Positions 17,860 to 29,758 of a stretch of DNA of 64,000 nucleotides are shown one piece after another. Below the pieces are notes generated by a model. The model saw only the letters and a list, made by a program, of their open reading frames with translations. It ran no database searches and was not told where the DNA came from. Each line of letters starts with the position of its first letter. Position 1 is the stretch's first letter. This DNA is from the human T2T-CHM13v2.0 reference genome, Homo sapiens: NCBI RefSeq assembly GCF_009914755.1, contig NC_060928.1; one strand, written 5' to 3'. The translations under genes were made by a program, and so were the position numbers.

Positions 17860-17936
17860 GGCTGGGCAGTGGCTCATGCCTGTAATCCCAGCATTTTGGG
17901 ATCTTAGGAGGCCAACGTGGACGGATCACCTGAGGT
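17860..17936 (+). mobile_element. Alu 5' fragment
   Basis: GGCTGGGCAGTGGCTCATGCC...GGATCACCTGAGGT, then an abrupt stop. Confidence 0.85.
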
Positions 17937-18282
17937 GCAAGGCTATTTCAAAATATGTCAAATAAATATATTTTGGGGTAAAACGCTTCAATTTCTTTCA
18001 GGGCCTGCTATCTGTCGTGTGATGCTGTACTAGAGTCCGGCTGGAATTTGATGCCTTGTTGCTACAAAAAGTCTGAAGGTCTCCTCTGTTTTAATGTTAA
18101 TGCTGGTCAGCTGTGCCTGAATTCCAAAGGGGGGAGGGTAAAATGAAGCATGTCTGACCCCGCTTCCCATCACGGCCTGAACTGGTTTTTCAGGTTAACT
18201 TTGGAATGCCCTGTCCTCTCTTGGCAGAGAGGAGAGGCCCATTCAGTCAGTTGAGGGGCTTAACATTTAATTTTTAGTTTAC
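17937..18282 (-). mobile_element. MER4 (B/D-like) LTR, 5' half only
   Basis: Reverse complement of the LTR at 20043-20390 (CAGGGCCTGCTATCTGTC, TTAATGCTGGTCAG, TTTTTAGTTTAC). Confidence 0.85.
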
Positions 18283-18629
18283 GTCATCCAGTGTGACCTA
18301 GGGCCACACCCCAAGATGGCAGAGTCCCCACAACCTGAATCCCTAAATGACTGAGTGGAGCAGAGCACCCTGCCCCCACCACCAGGAACATCAGCACTGG
18401 GGTGGGGGTGAGGGGAGGTGGGAGATAAATGTTCATCACATGAAGCTGCTGAAGTTTGGGGTATTTTTTGTTATATTATTCCAACCAAGTCACTGGCCAT
18501 TCATTACAAAAAACATTTATAAAGAAAGAATAAAATATGAAAAGGAAGGAAGAAGAAAAAAGTAAAGTAAGCCTTAGTTAATCTTTTAGGTAATCTGTCA
18601 GGAATAGACATCGAAATAAAGATTTTAGT

Positions 18630-19002
<373 letters not shown>

Positions 19003-19283
19003 CTGAAATAAATTTGAAATTACATATCAAAGTGATAAACTGAAAAAAGGAGATAACCACACAAAACTTTGGGTAAAAATCAATGATTCCATGAATGTAA
19101 AAAGCATGAGAAAGCAAGAACAAGAATAAAAAGTGAAAATCCAGAGGCAGAACCTTAAACAACTGGAGGGCAGGTGCAGACATGAAAGTGAGAGGGGCAG
19201 GTGGGTCATTCCTGGAAGCACTGAGCATAAACCAGTGTCTGAACAACAGAAAAACCACCAATAGCAGATTTTCTTCTCTTCTC

Positions 19284-19589
19284 TTATTTTTATTTTTTAT
19301 TTTTTTTGAGACAAGGTTTTGCTCTGTCACCCAGGCTGGAGTGCAGTGGTGCAATCTTGGATCACTGCAGCCTTGACATCCTGGGCTCAAGTGATCCTCC
19401 CGCATTGGCCTCCTGAGCAGCTGGGACTACAGGTGAGCACCACTACGCTTGGCTAATTTTTGTATGTTTTGTAGGGACAGGATTTTACTATGTTTCCCAG
19501 GCTGGTGTCAAACTCCTGGGCTCAAGTGATCCACTTGCCTCTGCCTCCCAAAGTGCTGGGATTACAGGTGTGCACCACCATGCCCCATC
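19284..19589 (-). mobile_element. Alu (AluJ-like)
   Basis: Antisense dimer; TSD AATAGCA(G/T)ATTTTC. Confidence 0.95.
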
Positions 19590-20042
19590 AATAGCATATT
19601 TTCAAAGAATTAAATGAAAGATCCAGGGTAAAGGGAAATAAGAAAGGAACACCAACAGCAGCAGGGGTGGAAGACCTGAACTAGAAGGTGAAATAGACAG
19701 ACTGTGTCTACGCCAAAAAAAGAAAACAGCTCGCACCCTCTTCATGAAGGCAACAGCACCTTTTATATACAGTCACTGGAGCCATACCAGGACGCAGGGA
19801 CATGGAGTCAAAGTGTCCTCTGGGAGGCCATAGCCCGTCACCACAGCAGGATGGGTTTGCTTGGTCCTTAGCTGGCTAGTGGCCTCAGGCAGGGGTGGAA
19901 GGAGGCAGGGCTGGCTCGGCCATAGACGAACAGGGCCCTAGGCTTGGGGTTTAGTGCCCTGGAGTTGGCAGTTTATCTTTGAATCTGTGTCTTGTGTGTA
20001 AAGTCTAAGGGAGAGTGGAGCATGTGCTGGGGACTTGGAGCC

Positions 20043-21257
20043 TGTAAACTGAAACTAAAATTCTAAGCTCCCCAGCTGACTGAATGGTCCCTCCTCTTGG
20101 CCAGGGGAATTCCAACGTAAACCTGAAAAACTAGTTCAGGCCAAGATAGAAGTGGGTTGGACACGCCTCATTATACCCCCTCCCTTTGGAGTTTCAACAT
20201 GACTGACCAGCATTAACATGAAAACAGAGATCCTGAGGCTGACCAAACAGACTCCTTGTAGCAATAAGATACCAAATTCCAACCTGACTCTAGTATAGCA
20301 TCACATGACAGATAGCAGGCCCTGAAAGAGATCGAAGCAGTTTACCCCCAGAATGTACCTATGTTGAAATGGCCCTGCAAATTTGTCTCTTACTGGGAAA
20401 ACCTACAGTCTGTAGAGAATCCTTTTCCCTTTCCAGTCTTTTCCTGATCCAGGAGAGAGTTAACTAAGGAGAGTCTGACACATAACAGGAACCTTGGCTT
20501 CCACATTCCCCCTTCTCTTAACAACAAACATTTCCTTCTGTTGACTTCAACTTTTCAGGCAGAGCTTAACCCTGTCAGCCACTTGCCATCAGGAAATCTC
20601 TAAATCCACCTATGACCTGTGTATTTGTCTGTTTTCACACGGCTATAAAGAAATATTCAAGACTGGGTAATTTATAAAGGAAGGACGTTTAATTGGCTCA
20701 CAACTCCACATGGCTTGGGAAGCCTCAGGAAACTTACAATCATGGTCAAAGGTGAAGGGGAAGCAAGGGCCTTCTTCACATGGCGGCAGGAGAGAGAAGG
20801 GTGTGTGAAGGAGGAACTGTCAAACACTTATAAAACCATCAGATCTTATGAGAACTCCCTCACTGTCGTGAGAACAGCATGGGGGAAACCATCCCCATGA
20901 TCCATTCACCTCCCACCTGGTCCCTCCTTAGACACATGGGAATTAATTATGGGGATTACAATTCAAGATGACATTTGGGTGGGGACACAGAGCCAAACCA
21001 TATCAAGCTGGAAGCCCCTACTTCAAGATGTCCCACCTTTCTAGGCTGAACCAATGTGCACCTTACGTGTATTGATTTTTGTCTCTGCCTGTAATTTCTC
21101 TCCTTCTAAAATATGTAAAATCAAGCTGTAACCCAACCGCCTCGGGCACCTGTTCTCAGGACCTCCTGAGACTGTGCCTTTGGCCATGGTCACTCATAGT
21201 TGGCTCAGAATAAATCCCTTCACATATTTTACACAGTTTGACTCTTTTTTATTGCCA
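20043..21257 (+). mobile_element. MER4 (B/D-like) solo LTR containing THE1D
   Basis: TGTAAAC...TGCCA ends, 4-bp TSD AGCC (20039-20042, 21258-21261), AATAAA near the 3' end. Confidence 0.88.
20620..21005 (-). mobile_element. THE1D-like solo LTR
   Basis: TGTATT...GACTGGGTAATTTATAAAG...GGGGACACAGAGCCAAACCATATCA; TSD ACCTG/AGCTG. Confidence 0.92.
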
Positions 21258-21809
21258 AGCCTCTGTTTATAGGTTGATACTTGTCCCATGCCTCCTGCCC
21301 TCACCTGACAATCACTGCTGCCCTCTGCCCTGGGGCCTGGGTTCAGGGGCAGGGAAGTCAGAGTTGGGATCAGGTGCCTGGCATGTTGAATTGCACAGCA
21401 GGGTCCTGAGTTCCTGTCTGCATCTGTCCTCACCCTGTAAGCATCCATGTCCAAGGGAGAGTGACATCAAATAGCAAATTAAAACACCATGACAACTTTA
21501 GAGAGAGAGAGAGAGAGATAACTCTGAAGGAAGGATAAAGATTTCCTCCTGCTTTTTGAACAGGAGGCTGTGTGTTTTCATTTTGCCCAGGGTTCTGGGC
21601 CTACAGGAAGGCCCCCGAGAGAGCTCTTACAGGAAGCCCCCTGGGTTTTCTCTCCTCCCTTGACTGAGCTCCCCACTGCAGACCCCAGCCAAAGGACCAT
21701 GGCTGGCCAAAACCAAGGTCCCAGCAATTCAGCAGCAGCCCTGGCAGGCCCTGGCGGGTGATGCCAGCTGGCTCGGCTGCTTCTTCCAGGGATGTGTCTG
21801 TATTTTGTC

Positions 21810-22640
21810 ATCCCTCTAGACCATGCACTCTTGGAGACTAAAGACCACGACTCTTAGCCATTTATTCTGCAAGTGTGTGTTAAGCAGCTTCTTTGGGGCA
21901 AGCCCTGTGCTTGGCTTGTTGAGGGTAGAGCTGTAAACCAGGGAAATAGGCCCTGTTCTTACGGGGAGGGTAGGCATCAAGCTGAAAGTAGCCCCCCAAG
22001 TCCTCTAGTTGCCTGTGAAGGAATAAAGTCTACAAAGGAAAGGAGTCATTTCTGTGTCCCCCACAAACCCAGAGCATGCAGTAGTTGTGCCTGGAACGGC
22101 TGCATGGAAACGTGGAAAGAGTGGCTAATCAGAGCCAAGAGAAATGGCACCAGGGCCAAGGACAGGGTCACCATCACCCTGTCCTTGGGCGATGGGACAC
22201 CCCATGGGAGAAGGGGGTGATTTTAGAAACCAGCACAACTGTCCACTATGGCTGGGGCTTATCCTCGGGTTGGCAGCACGCGAGTGCCTATTCACGCATG
22301 GGCCTCCAACACCATTCCAAGGGAGGCATGGGAGCAAGGCTGGCCTTATCTCACCCTGGGTGCCCCACATCCAGCACAGTCCCCAGGAACCAGCTCCCAC
22401 TGAACACGTGTGGGATAAAGAAGTGGCAGGAACTAAACCGAGGGCTGGTACTGACTGAGGGAAGGCAGACAGGGCAGGGGCCAGACAGGCTCGGCACCCA
22501 TCCTTTGCTGCCTCAGTCAGGCACCTGCTGAGCCATGGGGGGTAAATGCTCTGCACCTCACTTTTCTCATTAATGAGGGTAATAGAATTTTTGTCCCAGA
22601 TTTGCTGTAGGATCAAGGAAAGGACATCAGTTGTCTGGCC
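21810..22640. mobile_element. Cluster of L2 3'-end and MIR relics
   Basis: L2-like (CCAGCACAGT, GCCCTGTGCTTGG) and MIR-like (CTCTGCACCTCACTTTTCTCAT) motifs, highly diverged. Confidence 0.5.
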
Positions 22641-23289
22641 CCATGTTATAAGATCAAGTCCCCTTCTCCATCCAGGTCTTTCTGGCACACACAAGTACTG
22701 GGGGACGAAGGGGAGGAGGGGCCATCACCTCTGGCCGGGACCTGTTTCATATCTAGGAAAGGTCCAGTGATGGAGACAGGAAGGGCAGTCTGGTGGAAGG
22801 CCCAGCCTGAGCAAAGGCTGAGAGGCAGGAAAGTACAGGTATTCCTGGGACGCAGAGGCAGCACAGCTGCCTGGGAGATCTGCTTGTGCTGGTGGAGCTG
22901 GGGCCTTAGCTCAGCTCTGCTGACTCTCGGGAGATCCTTCCAGAACACTGACCATCCACCCACCCTTCCCACGCTTGCTCAGGTTGGTTTAGCCGAGCCG
23001 AGTGTAATGTAATCGGTTGCAGAGGACAAAGGGAGAGTTGGGGCCAAGAAGAGCTCTCATCCTTCCTGTGATTGCTGAAGTCTGGCACACGTTCAAACTG
23101 CGGAATGACTCAATCGAAAAGTGAAAGTGGCAGAGTGAGGAGGTCAGTGGCAATGGTTTCACAGAGACTCCTGGACCAGGAACCAGGCTGCCTGCTTCCA
23201 GCCCCTCCATTCATTCTGTCTGTCCACCTGCAGACCTTTTGTCACGCCCCATGCTCCATCGCCACTGCTCTTAGTCAGGCATGGGATCT

Positions 23290-23575
23290 GGGAGCTGAGA
23301 CCCTCCTAGGGCCTGAAGACATGTTCTTTCCTGATAGGAGAAGGCTGTCAGGGGAAAGGGGAGCTGAGACCCTCCTAGGGCCTGAAGACATGTTCTTTCC
23401 TGATAGGAGAAGGCTGTCAGGGGAAAGGGGAGCTGAGACCCTCCTAGGGCCTGAAGACATGTTCTTTCCTAATAGGAGAAGGCTGTCAGCGGGGCTGGGA
23501 GCTGAGAACCTCCTAGGGGCTGAAGACCTGTCTTTTCCTGATAGAAGGAAGCTGTCAGGGGAGCTGAGAGAACCT
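23290..23575. repeat. 69-bp minisatellite, about 4.2 copies
   Basis: Units start at 23290, 23359, 23428, 23497 and 23559; unit GGGAGCTGAGACCCTCCTAGGGCCTGAAGACATGTTCTTTCCTGATAGGAGAAGGCTGTCAGGGGAAAG. Confidence 0.97.
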
Positions 23576-24142
23576 CGGCAGGTGGGGTGAGGTGGGGTCT
23601 TGGCTTGTAGGAAGGGCAAATTCTCAGGTGACATGTCCCCTGAGCTGGAGGTCATTGTGGATCAGACCCCGGCCCAATTGCCCAGGGCCAAGCCCTGCCT
23701 GGGTGTCAGCATCATTAGCCACGTGTTTCTGGATACCAGGAGGAATGTTCCAGAGACCCCAGAAAAGGCCTCTTCTTGCTCAGACTGGCTCTTTATTGCC
23801 TTTAATCTGGCAAACCTCAGGACAAACCTTCCCCCAAGGCCTTGTGGGATGGAAATGGGGAAGACAAAACCCTGGGTTTACAGCCCTGGCCTCCTGGGAT
23901 GGACTAGATTTGGGAGGCCCAGGGAGAGAAGACGTGGTGGTGAGAGCAGAGGGCGGCATCCAGGGCGCATGCAGGGCAGGTCTGCAGTCAGGCGTGGGGT
24001 GAGGATGCAGCTTGAGCAGCAGTGGGGACAGAAGTGGGGAATCTGAGGCCAGGTTGGGTCTGATCCGAGGGCAGTGGGAAGCCACCTGAAGTTCTTGAGT
24101 GAGGAAGTTGAGATCCAGAAACAACCTTAGTCCCTTGGGCCC

Positions 24143-24522
24143 ATCAGAGTTCTTCACTTACAAGTAACGGAAGCTGACCCTGGCCGACTGGAGCCAACGA
24201 AGAAGGTACTGAGAGCACTTGGAGCCCTTGCAGGGGCGAGGGAGATGCTGCGGGACCAGGGTCTGAAGAGAGCAGAGTGAGAGCAGGGCCCCAGGGAGGC
24301 AGGAGGGCTGGAGTGTGACTTCTGCATTCTGTGTTCTCTGCCTCCAGATTGTGCTCCAGGGAGGGAGCACGGGGGACCAGGGGGAGTTTTGTGTGCCCCT
24401 CCCAGCCAGGCCAGTGGAGGCTCACTGATATCTCATCAAGACTGTGGGTGATGATAAGGGATGAGTTCCCAAGGAGATGTCTGTGGTCCCAGCAAATATG
24501 GTTGGATGTGGGGCAGGCAGAA
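24143..24522 (-). mobile_element. Old MaLR LTR (MLT1K/L-like)
   Basis: CAAGTAACGGAAGCTGACCCTGGC...TTCCCAAGGAGA...GGATGTGGGGCAGGCAGAA. Confidence 0.5.
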
Positions 24523-24764
24523 GGGGGAGTGCTCACGCCAGTCCTCATCCTCACCCCAGAGAGGCAAGTGGCTTGCTCAAGGACACAGGTGAGTCAGTGG
24601 CCAAACCGTGCCAAGTGGCCAGCTCACTGGTGACTCAGGCCTCTGTCTTCCTCTGCCAGTGGGTCATGGGATGAGTTGAAGACAACGTTTGATGAAAACA
24701 AAACTTCTGGGGATGTATAAGATGGGTGCTGAGAGCAGGTGGGACCAGACAGAAGGAAGAATGG

Positions 24765-24980
24765 CTCCAGGACATGGCCATGGGCTCCGCAGTGGTGTAG
24801 ATGGGTTCCAACCCCAGCACGGCCACTTGCTGGCGGTGTGGGACTTCACACACATTGCAGAACCTCTTTGATCCTCTCTCTAACTTCCCTGAGGGGCATG
24901 GTAACTGTACAGGGCCATCGTGAGCATCAGAAAGGATGACGTATGACGTGCCTGGCATGCAGTCCGGCCTGATAGGTGTG
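24765..24980 (+). mobile_element. MIR
   Basis: TGGGTTCCAACCCCAGCACGGCCACTTGCTGGC...CCTGGCATGCAGT. Confidence 0.65.
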
Positions 24981-26159
24981 AGTTCCTTCTGGGTCCCTGC
25001 CACCAGGGGAGCTGGAAGGAGCCCCAGAGTGAAGTCATGAGCACTGAATTCAATTCCTGGCGGCTTTGCTGAAATTCGGCTCCAACCTGTCCTGGCTCCC
25101 AGACCACCAGCAGCTGTGCCACACAGTGTCTACGGCCTGAGACACACTCATCTGCCATCCCCAGCATCACGTCAGCACCACGGTGTCCTTGCTATACTGA
25201 GGGGTCCCCCATCTGTCCCTCCTACTCAATGGGAGCCCCTTGAGGTCAGAGATCACCTGTGGTCACTTTTTGCCACCAGCACCCAGGAAGGGACCCAGCA
25301 TCACCAGTGACGGGTGGATGATGGATGAAGATGAAGCAGTGAATGTTCCACTGCAGAAGAGCCCTGGCAAGCTCCAGTGCCAAGCTCCTCTGTGCACACA
25401 GAGGGTAGTGACTGAGCTGCCTTAAGCCTGACATGGGATGCCCTAGTGCCCGGGGGTTTCTAGCTGCCCCTAGTCCTGTTTGCACCAAAGGAGTATGTGT
25501 AGGATTGCACAGGAGCCATCACCTGCTTGGCACCTCGGTCTTTCTTTCACCAGAGGAGAAGGAAGTGAGGAGAAGGCTTTGGGGTCCCATGAGGCTGGGT
25601 TCTTGGGGCATCACCTGCTCTCGAGTGTTCTGCAGAGCAGACTCACTAGCCCAGTGCACATCACTCTGCCACTCTCAAGAGTGTCCGGGGCATACCGCAT
25701 CCACCTAGAGATGCTGGGGATTTCCCAGTGAGATTTGCTGCCACATGGAAAATTCTCTCTGCTCTTACAAGAACAGGCTCATTGATAATGTTTGATTGAG
25801 GGGGCTTTTCCTACATTCAAAATAATGCTCATTTACTGTCAGATATTTGGAAACTACAGAAAAACACTGTGAGGAGAGTATGAATTGCCTTTCAAAGAGA
25901 AAGTAACTTCCTGCCCTGTCTCTGGGTATGCAGAGGCATAGAGACACCCACACTCCCATGAGCTCAGCTCGTGCACACACAGGACCAGGAAGCCGGGGCG
26001 GCCTGGGTGGCTGTCTCGCTTCTTGCTTCCCTTTAACTCAATGTTGGATCCTGAACATGCCGTCGCACTCCTCGCCTGCGATGAAGGCCTCTGCCTCTGT
26101 GGTTTTATTTGGTTTCAGAGTCAGCACATCCATCTCTCTGCTCCCAAACAAGAAAAAAC

Positions 26160-26300
26160 AACACAGTAACAGCCGGTTACAGAATGCCAGGAGTTCTCAG
26201 AGTCCTGCGCCTTCTTGCACAATCCTCTCAGCAGCCCTGGGAAAGATGGTGGCTATTATCCCCGTCTTACAGAGGAGGAAACTGAGGCACAGAGAGGTTC
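26160..26300 (-). mobile_element. MIR
   Basis: TATTATCCCCGTCTTACAGAGGAGGAAACTGAGGCACAGAGAGGTT. Confidence 0.85.
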
Positions 26301-26419
26301 CGGTGGGGCAGGGGCGGGGCCTGGGGCTGTGGGCACCATGTGTGTCACCTCCCCCGTGTGATCCATCTGTCCCTTTCTAAGGTACAGAAGCCCAGAATTT
26401 CAGACTTGATAGCATCTGG

Positions 26420-26815
26420 ACCACGTTTCTAGGCTGCCGAACAAAACACCACCAGAGTGGCTTCAAACAGCAGATGTGTGTTCTGGGGGCCGGAAGTCTG
26501 GGATCCAGCTGCCAGCTGGGTTGGTTCATTGTAGAGGCCTTCAGGAAAATCCATTTCACGCCTCTCCCAGCCTCTGGCGGCCCCAGGCATTCCCCGGCTT
26601 GTGGCCGCATCCCTGTACTCCGCCTGTGGGTTCCCAGGGCCTCCCCACTGCGGGCCTGCTTCTCTTCTCCAAGCATCTTCCCCAGTTGGGCCCTGGACTC
26701 AGTGGCACTGGCCACTGGATTTAGGGCTCACTTGGACAATTCAGCAGGATCTCATCTCAAGATCCTTAAATTAATTGTGCTAAGAGCTTTTTCCAAAGAT
26801 GGTGACATTTGGGCC
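26420..26815 (-). mobile_element. MLT1C-like LTR
   Basis: TTCTGGGGGCCGGAAGTCTG...CCAGGCATTCCCCGGCTTGTGGCCGCATC...GGATTTAGGGC...TCTCATCTCAAGATCCTTAA. Confidence 0.8.
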
Positions 26816-27192
26816 CCCATTCACTCAAAGTCCCCTGGCTGAAGCCACCCCTTACAGCAGGGAAGCTGAGGCACGGGGTGGGGAGGGCCTGCCCAGGTGC
26901 CCGGCCCTGACTCCTTGCTCGGGGTCTTCAGCTTGAGTCGCCTGCCGTCCTAGGCTGCCAGAGACTCCAGCACCCCGCTCCAGAGACTGCGTCATGCTGT
27001 GGCCCTCAGCTCAAGGATCACCCATTCGAAAGCCCACTTTTGAGCACCCACTGCAGTGACTTGGGGTACAAATCACCCCTCATCCAGTAACCCTGCCCAT
27101 CTGAGAGCTGTCTTCCCAATATGCCGGTTCACATGGACTCAGGTCCCTGCCTCTATTTCGTAAGGTTGGAGCACAAAAATGATACAGGGCTC

Positions 27193-27493
27193 TTATTTTT
27201 TATTTTTTATTTTTGAGAAGAGGTCTCACTCTGTGACTCAGGCTGGAGTGCAGTGGTGTGATCACAGCTCACTGCAACCTCAAATCCCAGGCTCAAGTGA
27301 TCCTCCCACCTCAGGCTCCCAAGTAGCTGGGACCACAGGTACACACCACACCAGGCTAAGTTTTGTATTTTTTGTGGAGATGGGGTTTTGCCATGTTGCC
27401 CAGGCCTGGTCTTGAACTACTGGGCTCAAGTGATCCTCCTGACTTGACCTCCCAAAGTGTTGAGATTATAGGCATGAGCCACTGTGCCTGGCC
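27193..27493 (-). mobile_element. Alu (AluJ-like)
   Basis: Antisense dimer. Confidence 0.95.
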
Positions 27494-27603
27494 AGAGCTC
27501 ACTTTTATGGGGTCATAGAAAAGGGGGAGTGTTGGGAATGAAAAGGGAAGCATGACAGATGGCCTCATCCATTCATTCTTACACTCAGAAATCTCACTGG
27601 ACA

Positions 27604-27685
27604 TCCGGGTGTGGTGGCGCAGTGAGATGAGATCGCACCACTGCACTCCAGCCTGGGTGACAGTGAGACTCTATCAAAAAAAAAA
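27604..27685 (+). mobile_element. Alu right-arm fragment with internal deletion
   Basis: CCGGGTGTGGTGGC joined to GCAGTGAG...CACTCCAGCCTGGG, then A tail. Confidence 0.85.
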
Positions 27686-27699
27686 TTAATTTTCACTGG

Positions 27700-28050
27700 C
27701 AGCCCGCTCTGTGCCCACTGGGGATGCAGTGGAAGATAAGATGGGCCATGCCTGCTCTCTCGTGTTTGGGGTGACAGAGTAACCAGCTGAACATGCTTTA
27801 CGATGATTTCAATAGTGGCCACAACATGATGAAATCAAGGTGATCCAATGGATGAGGGTGGCCGGGAGAGGTGCGGGTGCTCAAAAGTGGGCTTTCGAAT
27901 GGGTGATCCTTGAGCTGAGGGCCACAGCGTGACGCAGTGTGGCCACATGGGGAATCAAAGGGAGGCAGTGCGTGCTAGCAAGAGGCACAGCGGGTGACAA
28001 GGCCCTGCAGCAGAAAGGAGAAACAGCCAGGCAGTGTGACCAGAGCCTCA
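27700..28050 (-). mobile_element. L2 relic
   Basis: CTGGGGATGCAGTGGAA...GGTGATCCTTGAGCTGAG...AGAGGCACAGC...AAGGCCCTG. Confidence 0.55.
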
Positions 28051-29316
28051 TGGAAGACGGAGAGGCAGCAGAGCTGGGCTGAAAGGTTCTAGGAGGAGGC
28101 TTTTCCAGGATATCAGCCTGACTGCGGTATCTGTTAGGTTGACATTCTGGCTCTCTGCCCTGGCCTTGAGGTGCTGGCCTTGAGGTCCTGGGAGAAGGAT
28201 GGACACCCCCAGATAAGTGTGGGGGTCCCAGAGCTGCAGGGACGGTGGCTCGACTTCATGAGGGAATTGCAAATCTGCACAGAGCAGCTCCGGGCCCTTC
28301 CGCTCCTGGGTGCAAGTGCGTGTGCATGCGCACACATGTGTGTCTGTGTTTGGAGATTCCCAGCTGACCAGGTGATTGTGCACAAGGCCCTGTGTTCTGA
28401 ATGGAGAGGGGCAAAGCAGCCTGGAATGGTCTGGAGCAGTGGGATGGCACTCCCTGCAGAGGGAATAGTTTGCATCCTGCACACCTGGGCCCTGAGTGGT
28501 GACCAAGCAAAGCACTTTCATTACCAGCATCTGGAACACAGAGCCTGCCAAGTGCAGCGATCATAAGTGCAGTGGCACGCAGCTGAGGACTGGCGTTTAG
28601 AGCAGTGTCTGTATAGCTGAGCTTCTCAGAGCACCAGGAGGTCTCACGCACGCACTTCCTTGGGCTCTGAGGTCATGAGTTCCTTCATGCATTTAGCACT
28701 GAGTCAGGCTGGTGGTGTGCAAGGCTGTGGGGACAAAGGGACAAAACATGGACCCTGCCTGCATGGGTTGGCAGCCCTGGACAGGGAGTGGCCAGTGTGG
28801 TGAGTCCCAGCCCAGAAGTGTGAGGCTGTGATGGACACTACACTGGGGTTCTTCCCCCAGGCCCCTGGAGCTGGTACAGGCAGGGCACACAGGCCATGAA
28901 CCGCAGGATGCGTGGGGAGGTGCCTCCGCATCCAAACCACCCACTTCCCCGCCCCTGCCCTGCCAAGGCACCAGGAGAGCCACTTTCCTCCCCTCCTGGA
29001 CTGTGGGTCCCTTGGGGAAGTGTCACTGATTAAAGCATGAGGCGATGGGCTTCTGCGACCTCATGGCTGTCCCCACTGCCCTGACCCCAGCCTGCGAAGA
29101 AGCCCAGGGCAGAAGCATCGGCATTCCTGTCTAGCACCCGGCTCCTGTTAACCTGGATGTCCACCTGTCATTCCGGTTCTTCCCCTCGATGACCCTGTTC
29201 ACACCCTAGGGTGCAGGCCCTTTCTCTGGAAGGCCTTGGGTTTCTTATGCACCTTGCACCTCCTTTGCGAGCCCCCAGCTTGGCAAGGGATAGTATTGGG
29301 GTCTACCTTGGGGGAC

Positions 29317-29758
29317 TGATAGGGTTAGGCTTTGTGTCCCCACCGAAATCTCATCTTGAATTATAATCCCCATAATTCCTATAATCCCCAAAATTCCTAT
29401 AATCCCCACATGTCAAGGGACAGACCAGGTGGAGGTGGTTGGATCATGGGGGCGGTTTCCCCCATGCTGGTCTCGTGATATTGAGTGAGTTCTCGTGATA
29501 TTGAGTGAGTTCTCGTGATATTGAGTGAGTTCTCGTGAGATCTGATGTTTTTATATGGGGCTCTTCCCCCTTTGCTCAGCACTTCCTCCTGCCGCCTTGT
29601 GAGGAAGTTGTCTTTATTCCCCTTCGCCTTCCACCATGACTGTAAGTTTCCTGAGGCCTCCCTACCAATGCTAAATTGTGAGTCAATTAAGCCTCTTTCT
29701 TTATAAATTACGCAGTCTCCGGCAGTTCTTTATAGCAGTGTGAGAACGGACTAATACA
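29317..29758 (+). mobile_element. THE1D-like solo LTR with internal tandem expansions
   Basis: TGATAGGG...CTAATACA ends, perfect 5-bp TSD GGGAC (29312-29316, 29759-29763). Confidence 0.93.

Larger units (their letters stand above)
19906..21600 (+). mobile_element. hAT-Tip100 DNA transposon relic (MER45C-like), split by MER4
   Basis: Left part CAGGGCTGGCT...TTTATCTTTGAAT...GGAGCATGTGC...TTGGAGCC. Right part AAATAGCAAATTAAAACACCATGACA...TCCTGCTTTTTGAACA...TTTTCATTTTGC. Confidence 0.65.
26986..27938. repeat. 64-bp inverted repeat; arms 26986-27049 and 27875-27938
   Basis: Arms are reverse complements with one mismatch (CATGCTG vs CACGCTG). Confidence 0.95.

Noticed and set aside
23290-23575. 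CRISPR-like array interpretation of the 69-bp repeat
   Set aside because: Head-to-tail units with no unique spacers, in primate DNA; it is a minisatellite.
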